From Octopus bimaculoides (lineage: Eukaryota), in contig NC_069001.1 of NCBI RefSeq assembly GCF_001194135.2, forward strand, positions 1,385,601 to 1,430,731: 45,131 nt of DNA, read 5' to 3'. The notes under the pieces are model-generated. The model made no database searches, was not told the origin of the DNA, and saw only the letters and a program-made list of their open reading frames with translations. Below, one piece after another: positions 35,827-45,131 of this stretch. Position 1 is the first letter of the stretch. Every line of letters starts with the position of its first letter. The translations under genes and the position numbers were made by a program.

Positions 35827-37093
35827 TATTGTTTTGAGCTGATTGGGGGTGCTAGATTCCTTTGTTCAAAAATATAAGGACACAGATCGTGTCGTATAGC
35901 CAGTTGGGGACGATGTCTCCTGGGGCTAAATTACAGCAACATTCGTCCTAAACCAGGACTACCATGTGATGTTGGCAAACAATCTTTACTCCAAAGTACT
36001 GTTGCTGAATATCTCTCGTTGTGAGATTTAAGAATAGTAATTTTCTAATTCCAGAAGCTGTTTTAAAGAAATCCTTGGTCATATGACTCAGGTACTTGAC
36101 TGGTACTTCATCTTATCAACTCCAGAAGGAGGAAAGATATATTTAACCCTGGTGAGATTTGAAATCAAATATTAAAGAACCAGAACAAATACTAGATTTT
36201 CTGGCAATGCAGTACCAGGCAGTAACTCTCATGGGTTCTCATCTTAACTGATTGGAAGTGTTATCATGTACATTGTTTTGTCTTGGTATAAAAGATGGGA
36301 TACACCGAATATTTTGCTCAATACCATAGGTTTCCTTGTCAGTTGTTTGACCTTAACCAGTTGAGCATGTCTCTTGGTGGCTGACAATATGGTGTAGTTA
36401 TCAAATGCATCAGTAAAATGATGTATTGGGTAAAAAGTAAAAAAGAGACACAGGAATCAACTGCAAAAAAGATTTGTGGAGAGCAAACCCAAGAGGTTGG
36501 GGGAACCAATGAAATGGTTGTAGGATATGTTCCAAGTACCAATGCTACTGCAGGTAACTGAACCCAAGTGTACAAGTGGGAGGAAAAGAAAACATACAGT
36601 GTTCCTGAAAATAGATGCCAAGTGCCAAAAATATTAAACTGTATGAAAAAATAAAACTCAAAAAAGGGAGGTGGGGTGAATAAGAAAATTATTGCTAAAT
36701 AAAATGACACTTTGCAAGAAAAACTTAAAAGGGGAGAAGTTGTAGGGAATTAGTAATAATAGTACATCCCTCCTACGTGACGAATGGAATAACCTAGTCA
36801 CTATAAGTGAAGAGAAGTACATGAAGTATGAGAGTAGGTTGTAGGGGGTCAGAGATAGTCATGTCTTTACTGGTTTTACTAAGTATGCTGTATACTGAAG
36901 TGAGTGTTATAACAATCCAACAATGTAAGGATATAACAGATTTACCTGTTCAAACAAAGACGCTATGCACAAAACCAAATATATGGCACCCTAGGCATAA
37001 CATCAACATGAACTTCTAACTTGTTGTCTCTTGAGGTCTCTGGGTGAGACTTGGAGCCAACTTGTACAGATGCAAAGCAAAAGTCAAACATAA

Positions 37094-37129
<36 letters not shown>

Positions 37130-37952
37130 GCAATGTGAAAAAAAAAGGAAAAGCAAAAACTATTAACACTTCAATATTTATCATTTAATGCCAAAAACTT
37201 TCATACTTTCAAATGACTTCTATGTGTCTTTTGCACAGCAATTGTGTAAGTTCCAACACACGGTCTCAGATAAATTCATTTGCAAGGTAAGGACATCTCT
37301 GAGATAATAATGGTTTCAAATTTTGGCACAGAGCAGCAATTTTAAGGGAGTCGGTAATTACATTGACTCTTTGACTCAATACATACTTGTTTTGTTGATC
37401 CTGATTAAAATTTAGTTCCAAACAAAGGATTTAACCAGGGTCCAACACAATATCATTGATAACATATCTTATCTTTTGGTTCAAATCATGGCTGCTGGGA
37501 CAAAATGAAGCCAATTCAATCATTATCAGAGTTTCTATGTACCGAGAGCGAGGTCAGTCGACAAGCAAAACAGTGACATGATTCACTTTTATTTTTATCT
37601 TTTTTTTTGCAGAAAAAATAAAACAAAGACAAAAACAAACTCCCCAAGCATGGAACGAATGATGCATTTATGGGGTCACATAGAAACTTACTGTTGGCTA
37701 CCCTGAACAAGACTGGTGGGGACCCATACATACTCCAGCCTGGCCTGGCAACCTTGGATATATGTATATTATATATATGTGTGTGTGTATATATATATAT
37801 ATATATAACCCATGCTTCGTCCAACCCATGCTAGCATGGAAAGCGGACGTTAAACGATGATGATGATGATATATATATAGAGAGAGATACATATATATAT
37901 ACATATATATACAAGATGTATATCTCATATGTGTGTATGTATGTATATATGT

Positions 37953-37987
<35 letters not shown>

Positions 37988-38120
37988 CATACACACACAC
38001 ACATTCGTTATCTCTCTCCTCACCCACCTCTCTCTCTCTCCCTGGGGTGACGTATAGGACAACAATTTCCATTTTTAAACAGAAGCCACTTTTATTTATT
38101 TATTTTTCTGTTTATTTAAA

Positions 38121-38226
38121 TATAAACAAACGGAAACCTTCGCAAATGTTCTACAACCACGTCGAACAATTCAGAGAAACCGCGTTCGAGAGACTGAAGG
38201 ATACATTCGAAAAAAAAAATCAACAA
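38121..38226 (+). promoter_or_regulatory. Conserved upstream motif, copy C, preceded by TATAAA
   Basis: TATAAA at 38121-38126; TGTTCTA..GTCGAACAATTCAGAGAAACCGCGTTCGAGAGACTGAA, 31/38 identical to copy B. Confidence 0.6.
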
Positions 38227-38830
38227 TAACAACTACAACAACAACAAAAGTAATTTTTTTTTTCTTTTCGAAATTTGATACAAGGCCAGTAAATTTCGAA
38301 GCGGGAAGTCGATCATATCGATCCCTGTGCTCTACTGGTACTTACTTAACCGGCCCCGAAAGGATTAAAAGCTGAATCGATCTCGGCAGGATTTGAACTC
38401 GGAATAACTATATAACTATATCTTCGTTGTCTACAAGACTGAAGAAAAAGAAAATAACAACAAAAAAAAAAGAGAACAAAACAAAACCCAAAACGTTTCG
38501 ACATGGGGCCGTTGCGATTTTCCCTTTAATATAACCGCATAAACAATCAAAGACAAACAAATATAATTCTTTCTTCATTGACCTCAAGGAACAGGTAACG
38601 AAACGGCCAGAGTAAGGACAATAGAAAAACAAAACGGTGTGGATTTATAAATGAACGTGTAATTATTAAGAAATAATAAATAATTCTTTATTGGTCACGA
38701 GGGCCACAAAAGAAAAAAAAACCCAGAACCTCAAAGATTTTGGATGCTACGAAGACAAGGGAATCGTGCAGTTTTAGACATATAACGGGATAAACAATAA
38801 AAGAAATTACAAATTATCATAACAGTAATA

Positions 38831-38993
38831 ATGGCGAGTACAGCGGCAGTGGCGGTGGTGGCTCTAAGCCTAGCTGCCGTGTTAATGCACTTTATATCTG
38901 TTGCGATTCCATACTGGGATAAAATTGGCAATTTAAAATTTGGTCTTTGGCAGGTTTGCTACGAGGAATGTGAAAGGCGGAAATCTGGAGACG
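38831..38993 (+). CDS. Paralogue C exon 1
   Basis: aataATG; PYW..GLWQVC...C; donor G|gtaaga. Confidence 0.88.
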
Positions 38994-41687
38994 GTAAGAG
39001 CAATAGAAGAGACAAGGAGCTGTTGTGAAGTTTCATTCATTTCGTGATTGTCTTGTTAATGTTGTTGTTGTTGATGATTGGTGGTTTAAAGGCGGATCGA
39101 CTAAGGTTTCGACCGAAGCTTTAACTCGTTTCTGGATCAGTGTCTGTTGGCTTGTTTTTGTTGGTTACTTTGTTTCTTTCATTCTATTTCATTCTTTCAC
39201 TCTCTTTCTTTCTCTCTATCTATCTTACTTTCTTTTTTTTTCCTCATTCACTTCTTTTCTCTCTCCTGTCTCTTCCTTCGTTCTTTCCTTCCTCTCACTC
39301 GTGTTTTGGTGTCTCTCTCTGTCTTTCTCTATGCCTCTCTTTCTCCCCCTCTCTCTTTTTCTCTCTATTTGCTTTTTCCCCACCTCTTTCCGTCTAAAAC
39401 TAAAAAAGTGTGATACGATAGAGATTTGGCTGTTATGTTTAGCAGCTCGTACAAACCATACGCCCTTCCATTATTCGTCATATGATGAGCAACTTTGGAA
39501 GTGTGCTTTGGCTATCAGAAGTAGCACCAGAATATGTGGCATGCATACAGTAATTCTAAGTTAGCTTTTATCAAGTTTCTTGGTTCTTATCCAAAATGAT
39601 AAAATAAATGCTAATTAAAAAAAAAAAAATATATATATATATATATATACATACAAAGGTGCAGACATGACTGTAGTAAGAAGCTTGCTTCCCAACCTCA
39701 TGGTTCTAGGTTCAGTCCCACTCTCTCTCTCTTTTCCTGCTTCTCTCTCCTCCAACTGCCTCTCTCCCTCTTTCTCCTCCCTCTCTCTCCTCCTCCCTAT
39801 CCACCTTCTTTCTCTCTTTATGATCTAAAGCAGTTAAGGGCAACATCCAGCAGCCTGTGACCCATGTACCACATGAGGAGCATAGGATTTCTGAATGGCA
39901 CACCAAATGAAAATGAAAAGTGACCCTGCCATTTTGAAACTAGTGTGGCCCACCTGATGACGATGGGCTGTGTCTTCTGTGGTCTGTCTCTCAAAGAAGA
40001 AAGGTTGCCAATACCTGAACTGAAGTGTGCTGGAGACCAGCCAACCAACCAGCCAACCTACCAGCCAACCAACCAGCCAACCAACCAGCCAACCTACCAG
40101 CCAACCAACCAACCAACCGATTGACTGACCAAGCAGCCATATTTTGGCTATTATTATATAAAGGTTGTTTTTTCCTTTTCAGAATCTTTCCTGATTTTCC
40201 AGTGTCTGGAAGTAATTGGACTGATCACTGCCCTGACTACGTGTGTTGTCTCCATTTTGAGTACTTGTAAAAATGTTCCTTTTCCATACGAACAGATATT
40301 GATTCCATGTTTAAGCATGTTATCAGGTAAGTCGGTCAACTATACATCTGTATCTACACAGAAATCTGTATATGCGTGTGTGTGTGTGTGTATTTGTATA
40401 TATATATAAGTAAAAAAGTATATATATAAGTAAAAAAGTAATGCCATTTTGTTTAAGACAGGTATAATTACCAACACAGGAACATGTATCATACATCAAA
40501 ATGAAGCTGGTCCTCTGTGGATCACATCCCTACTTCTCAACATTGTCACCGTTTCTCTCAATAGCAATGTTCCACCTTCGAATGAGAGCATGTATCCCTG
40601 CCCTGTAAAATTCTGTTGACTGTTCTTTGAGCCACTTCTTCACTACAGTTTTCACTTCCTCGTCACTGGAATAATGTTTGCCTCTCAAACCCTCTTTCAT
40701 GGGGCCGAAGAGATGGTAGTCTGAAGGCACTAAATTATTCCAGTGACGAGGAAGTGAAAACTGTAGTGAAGAAGTGGCTCAAAGAACAGTCAACAGAATT
40801 TTACGGGGCAGGGATACATGCTCTCATTCAAAGGTGGAACATTGCTATTGAGAGAAACGGTGACTATGTTGAGAAGTAGGGATGTGATCCACAGAGGACC
40901 AGCTTCATTTTGATGTATGATACATGTTCCTGTGTTGGTAATTATACCTGTCCTAAACAAAATGGCATTACTTTTTGACTCACCCTCGTATGTGTGTGTG
41001 TGTGTATGTATGACAGAGTGTAAGCATCTTGAGAGAACAGTTGGGTATAAGAGGCAGCAGATGTGGTGTGCAAGGGAGACAACTGCACTGGTGTGGTCAT
41101 GTGATGTATATGGACATGCCGATCTCTAACTGTGGAGGGAACCTGTGGAAGAGGTAGACCCAAGAAGACATGAGACAAGGTAGTGAAGCATGGTCTTCAA
41201 ACTTTGAGCTGCACAGAAGCAATGACTAATGTCCGAGACCTTCGGTGATATGCTGTGCTTGAGAGGACCCATGAAGCCAAGTGAAATTGTAGCTGTGGCT
41301 GATGCTGGTGTCACATAACTGGCACCTGTGCCAGTGGCACATAAGAAGCACCTTTTGAGATTTGGGCCTCACAGAGTAAAAAGTGGTCGATGCTGGTGGC
41401 ATGTGAAAAGGACCTTTCAAAAGTTGGACATCACAGTGTGTATGTGAATATAATAATAATAATAATAATGATGATTATGATGATGATGATGATGGTGATA
41501 ATAATGTTTGTTTCTTCTACTTCCAGCTGCTACGATACTGATTGGAATTATGATATACTGTGTTGAAGAATTTACGCTGCATGTCTGTTTTGTCTTTTCC
41601 TTATGTTCAGCGGCATTTTTTTTCTTTTTTGCGGGTTATACCCTTTCGTCATCCAATTCCTCGTCATCACTCGAATTGCGTTCCTGA
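38831..41687 (+). CDS. PMP22/EMP/claudin-superfamily tetraspan protein, paralogue C (155 aa, 3 exons)
   Basis: join 38831-38993, 40183-40326, 41527-41687: [158 protein letters not shown], phases 1,1, exon 2 again 144 nt. Confidence 0.88.
40038..40100. repeat. (CCAA/CCAG)n tetranucleotide repeat
   Basis: Directly visible just upstream of exon 2 of paralogue C. Confidence 0.9.
40183..40326 (+). CDS. Paralogue C exon 2
   Basis: 144 nt; ttttttccttttcag|AA..G|gtaagt. Confidence 0.88.
40433..40990. mobile_element. Mariner-derived foldback element (two inverted copies of a transposase 3' end) in intron 2 of paralogue C
   Basis: Arms 40433-40675 and 40734-40976 (243 bp, 4 differences counted). The minus strand reads (L)[66 protein letters not shown], the mariner YSPDLAPxDY-to-C-terminus region. 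The right end is a TIR ..TACTTTTTGACTCACCCTCG followed by TA (40989-40990). Confidence 0.88.
41030..41280 (+). mobile_element. RTE-like LINE 3' fragment (decayed)
   Basis: Translates with frameshifts to ..[31 protein letters not shown].., the LRWFGHV/GRGRP motif; boundaries approximate. Confidence 0.65.
41527..41687 (+). CDS. Paralogue C exon 3
   Basis: tttcttctacttccag|CT..TGA. Confidence 0.85.
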
Positions 41688-42104
41688 TCATACCATCCTG
41701 GTGCTCTTACCAATTCTTCCATAACCCACCTTTATAATAATGATGATAATAATAATAATAATAATGATGATGATGATAATCCTTTCAGGTATAGGCACAA
41801 AGCTGAAATTTTGAGGGCAGTGGGGGTGGGGAGTAGCTGATTACATTGACCCCAGTTCTTGAGTGGTACTGTATTTAATTAANNNNNNNNNNACATTGAC
41901 CCCAGTTCTTGAGTGGTACTGTATTTAATTAACCCCCCCCCCCCAAAAAAAAACGATGAAAAGCAAAATCAATCATGACAGAATTTGACTTCACAATGTA
42001 AAGAGCTGGAAGGAATGTTGCTAAACCTTTTCTCTCAGGTGCTAACGATTCTGTCAGCTTTTGCTGACCTTAAAGAATATTAATAAAACTAATACTTCTA
42101 CTCC

Positions 42105-42138
<34 letters not shown>

Positions 42139-42859
42139 CCTTTCTACTATGAAAGTTTTGTTGGATTGAGCTGGTTGATTACATCAACCCCATTTGCTCA
42201 CCTGGTACTTATAATTTTGACCTGAAAGGAGTAAATGTAAAGTCGGCCTTGGCGGAATTTGAACTCAGAATGCAAAAACCAGAAGAAATGTCATCAAGCA
42301 CTTTGTTTGGCATTCTAACGATCCTGCTAATGATTTGTTTATTAGCCACAAGGGCTTAAAAAAAACATTTAGGACCATGCATATACAAAGGACTGGGGAT
42401 TTACATAAATGCGTGTAAGCAATAAAACAATAACAATTAACAAGACGGTTCTCTGGTAGATGGAAAGTACCACCGAGGGGTAACCAAGAAATATCACTAT
42501 TGTGGATTATCCCTACCACAGAGGACACCAAAGGGAAGCTTCCCTCTCCCATCCTACAGGTTCAAGCTCAAGCCCTCCTTGCTACACCCATGCATCTTTC
42601 AACAAATTTTCTAGGGACCAGAACTTCTGTTGCTACCCTCACCTTCCTTTTTAACCCTTTGGGGTTCAGATTATTCTGCCAAAAGCAATCCTTATTTAAT
42701 CACATTGCTTAGAATTAATCATGGATTAACTCATCACTTTGAGACTCCAATGTTGTCATTATATATTTTTACAATGACATTATAGGGTATGTGTAAGTTT
42801 GAACATAAAACCAAGATAGTATTTGGGGCTGGATACATCCCATTCGAATACTAAAGAGT

Positions 42860-43320
42860 TAAATGGAACTTAAAAAGAAGTCAATGAGGGTTTCACTGGA
42901 GAAGAAAGTGTTTGTCTTCTGTCCTTTGAGTCTTGTCTGCCAGGCAATCTCTTTTACCATTGCTACCAGGCAGAGGAGAACTGCCTGGCTTTCCTGGCCA
43001 CCAGATGGCACTGGGATGATCTTCATGATGGAATCAGCAGTTAATAGCCAGATCCATCCGACACCTGATGGCAACTGTCCAACATAATTCCATTGAGTCA
43101 GTAATGCTTGGATAATGTACAAGAATTTACTGAACACTTTTATTATTCCACACACATCTCGGACAGGCCTGGATGATGGCATTAACATGAAACAAAATAA
43201 GTCTATCTGTGAATTGTGAAACCATGGTTTTAGGTTTAAGTTCAGTAAGAATTTTAAGTCTTTTTTTCACTCCCTCTCTCCTATCGACACCCTCCTGACA
43301 TGTATCCTGAATAATGATTA
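42860..43320 (-). mobile_element. L1/Tx1-like LINE ORF2 C-terminal fragment (decayed)
   Basis: Degenerate CPRC..H zinc-knuckle (ACPRCVWNNKSV) followed by ..AVLLCLVAMVKEIAWQTRLKG..LIDFF; frameshifted. Family call from memory of this motif. Confidence 0.5.
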
Positions 43321-44399
43321 ACGACAAATAAAAAGAAAATATCTACTCCAAAAAAGAATTGCCTCAGACTTTTTCATTTACTTTTTTCCTACTCAAACCC
43401 CCTTTTTTTTTCCTGCATTTTTTATTCTTATCTTTCATCTTTTATCTGTTTGAAGCATTGGACTGTGGCCATGCTGGAGCACCACTTTGAAGAATTTCAT
43501 TTGAACAACTTGACCCCAAGACTTATGCTTATTTTTTTTTAAAGTCCGCCAGTCTCTTTGCCAAACCACTGAGTTATAGAGATGTAAACAAACCAACACC
43601 AATCGTCAGGCACTGGGTTGGGGGGGGGGGAGAACAGAGACACAAAGACACACACCAATGTAAATATTATATACAATGGGCTTCTACACAGTTTCCATTT
43701 TCCAAATTCACTTACGTGTCACTGGCATAGGAGCCATTTACACGTCACCAGCACAATTACGATTTCACTTAGCTTGACGTGTCATTTCAAGCATAGCAAA
43801 TCGCCAAAAGTCTTGGTCACTTGTCATCGACTACATGGGACTCAACTTCCGAAGATCATCTTTCACCGCCTCCTTACAAAACCGAAAAGCAAAGCAACAC
43901 AGCAGGTTTGGAAATATTTTTCCATGTTCAAAATTGTAGGAGCAAGGAATAAACTACTCACATCAGTTGTCAGGACACTGCATCCTTCTGCAATTCCTTG
44001 TTTCCTGATATATTTTCCCGTTAAATAAATCAAAGCGAGGTAATCCATACAGCACTAAATAATTTCTACTCTGTTTAATGTCGAGAAGAAAAATCGGAAG
44101 AGTAAATGATACAAGGGAGGTAACTCATTTAAGGGTAATCTCATTCATAGTTTATTTGATTGTTTTTCACACAATTTTTTCTTCTATGGCAACAGTCCGG
44201 ATACTAATTGATTAAAACTATATATATATATATACATACATATATATATATGTATATATATATACATACATATAGAAGTGTGACGAAAGAACTCTGGCCG
44301 AAATAAGATTAAGATTAATGTAATATAAAGCTGAAGCAAGTTAACACCAAATATACAGTGCGTGTGTTTTTATTGGCTAAACTGGCAATATGACCATCC

Positions 44400-44614
44400 C
44401 CATATATATATACATACATATATATAAATACATTTATATATAAATACATATATATATATATATACATTTATATATAAATACATATATATATATATATAAA
44501 TACATATATATATAAATACATATATATATATATATATAAATACATATATATATAAATACATATATATATATATATATAAATACANNNNNNNNNNNNNNNN
44601 NNNNNNNNNNNNNN

Positions 44615-44684
<70 letters not shown>

Positions 44685-44718
44685 GCATACATATATAAAT
44701 ACATATACATATATATGT

Positions 44719-44749
<31 letters not shown>

Positions 44750-44800
44750 AATACACACACACACACATATATATGTATATAAATACATATATATATATTT
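44400..44800. repeat. (TA)n / TATAAATACA compound microsatellite spanning a gap
   Basis: Directly visible. Confidence 0.9.
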
Positions 44801-44889
44801 TTTATTTTATTTATTTATAGTTTCAGCTTAGAGCTGCGGCCATGCTGATGTACCGCTGTGTTGCTACACTGTTATTACAGGGAGCCTCC

Positions 44890-45131
44890 TACAATATGTG
44901 GCACTTGGTGAAGAATGGAGTTTGATTTAGCAACCCTCATTTGCACCTACTGCCACGAGGTAGGTTCATCTGGGACTCTCGACAGGAAGAGGTCCAGCTT
45001 TGATTAAAAACCCCTACATCTACTTTGTGTAGGTTCCTCAGGCTCTTTGGGAGAATCTTAAAAAGCTGTGGGCCCCTGAAACCCAAACTGTTGCAGTAAC
45101 TGGTCCTGAAGCGCGATGGCATTGCTGGGTG
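44890..45131 (-). mobile_element. CR1-like LINE 3' fragment, runs off the right edge
   Basis: PSRFRTSYCNSLGFRGPQLFKILPKSLRNL..(FK)..LDLFLSRVPDEP across a frameshift; CR1-type ORF2 tail. Confidence 0.7.

Larger units (their letters stand above)
35406..35993. repeat. Inverted repeat, 268-bp arms (35406-35673 / 35726-35993) with a 52-bp spacer; probably Penelope-like-element terminal repeats in inverted arrangement
   Basis: The arms are directly readable as reverse complements (tggagtaaagattgtttgccaac.. / ..gttggcaaacaatctttactcca), roughly 90% identical by eye. Both contain a hammerhead-like motif. The PLE assignment is inference. Confidence 0.8.

Noticed and set aside
33364-40433. Inverted-repeat elements start 106 bp (B) and 107 bp (C) after the exon-2 donor
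   Set aside because: The two elements are unrelated and A has none there. With this repeat density it is most likely coincidence.
40530-40730. Mariner transposase ORF as an active or domesticated gene
   Set aside because: Only the last ~65 codons are present; the HTH and most of the DDD domain are missing.
24690-41510. (GAT)n tract just before the exon-3 acceptor in all three paralogues
   Set aside because: (GAT/CAT)n tracts occur every few kb in this window, so they are not independent evidence of a functional element.
41853-41932. Exact ~40-bp direct duplication flanking a 10-N gap
   Set aside because: Typical contig-overlap artefact at a scaffold gap.
43790-44060. Possible minus-strand exons (GAT|gtgagt donor) or a fourth tetraspan paralogue
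   Set aside because: No W-GLW-C-C or TM segments, a weak acceptor and early stops.
1-45131. CRISPR arrays, rRNA or prokaryotic systems
   Set aside because: The window is eukaryotic spliced DNA with no repeat-spacer arrays or rRNA-like sequence.

Overview
AT-rich, microsatellite- and SINE-dense animal genomic DNA with several assembly gaps (N runs near 18.4, 19.3, 22.9, 25.5, 29.5, 34.1, 41.9 and 44.6 kb). The repeat content looks like an Octopus (cephalopod) genome; this is my inference from recognised repeats, not a database result. Left half: the first 23 coding exons (about 1413 aa) of LTN1/listerin, the RQC RING E3 ligase, on the minus strand. All are GT-AG with consistent phases, and the C-terminal RING part lies outside the window. 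Right half: a tandem cluster of three small four-TM PMP22/EMP/claudin-superfamily genes (A minus, B plus, C plus; 149, 149 and 155 aa). The ORF track misses them because each is split into three exons (169/169/163, 144/144/144 and 137/137/161 nt, phases 1,1). A and B are only about 35% identical as proteins, yet the paralogues share about 80%-identical non-coding motifs upstream and in intron 1. Between B and C is a 268-bp-arm inverted repeat. One arm carries a well-formed minimal type-I hammerhead ribozyme of the Penelope-like-element kind; the other arm carries a decayed copy. Intron 2 of gene C holds a near-perfect foldback made of two mariner 3' ends. Also present are RTE, CR1 and L1/Tx1 LINE fragments, hAT-type and other MITEs, and many tRNA-derived SINEs.
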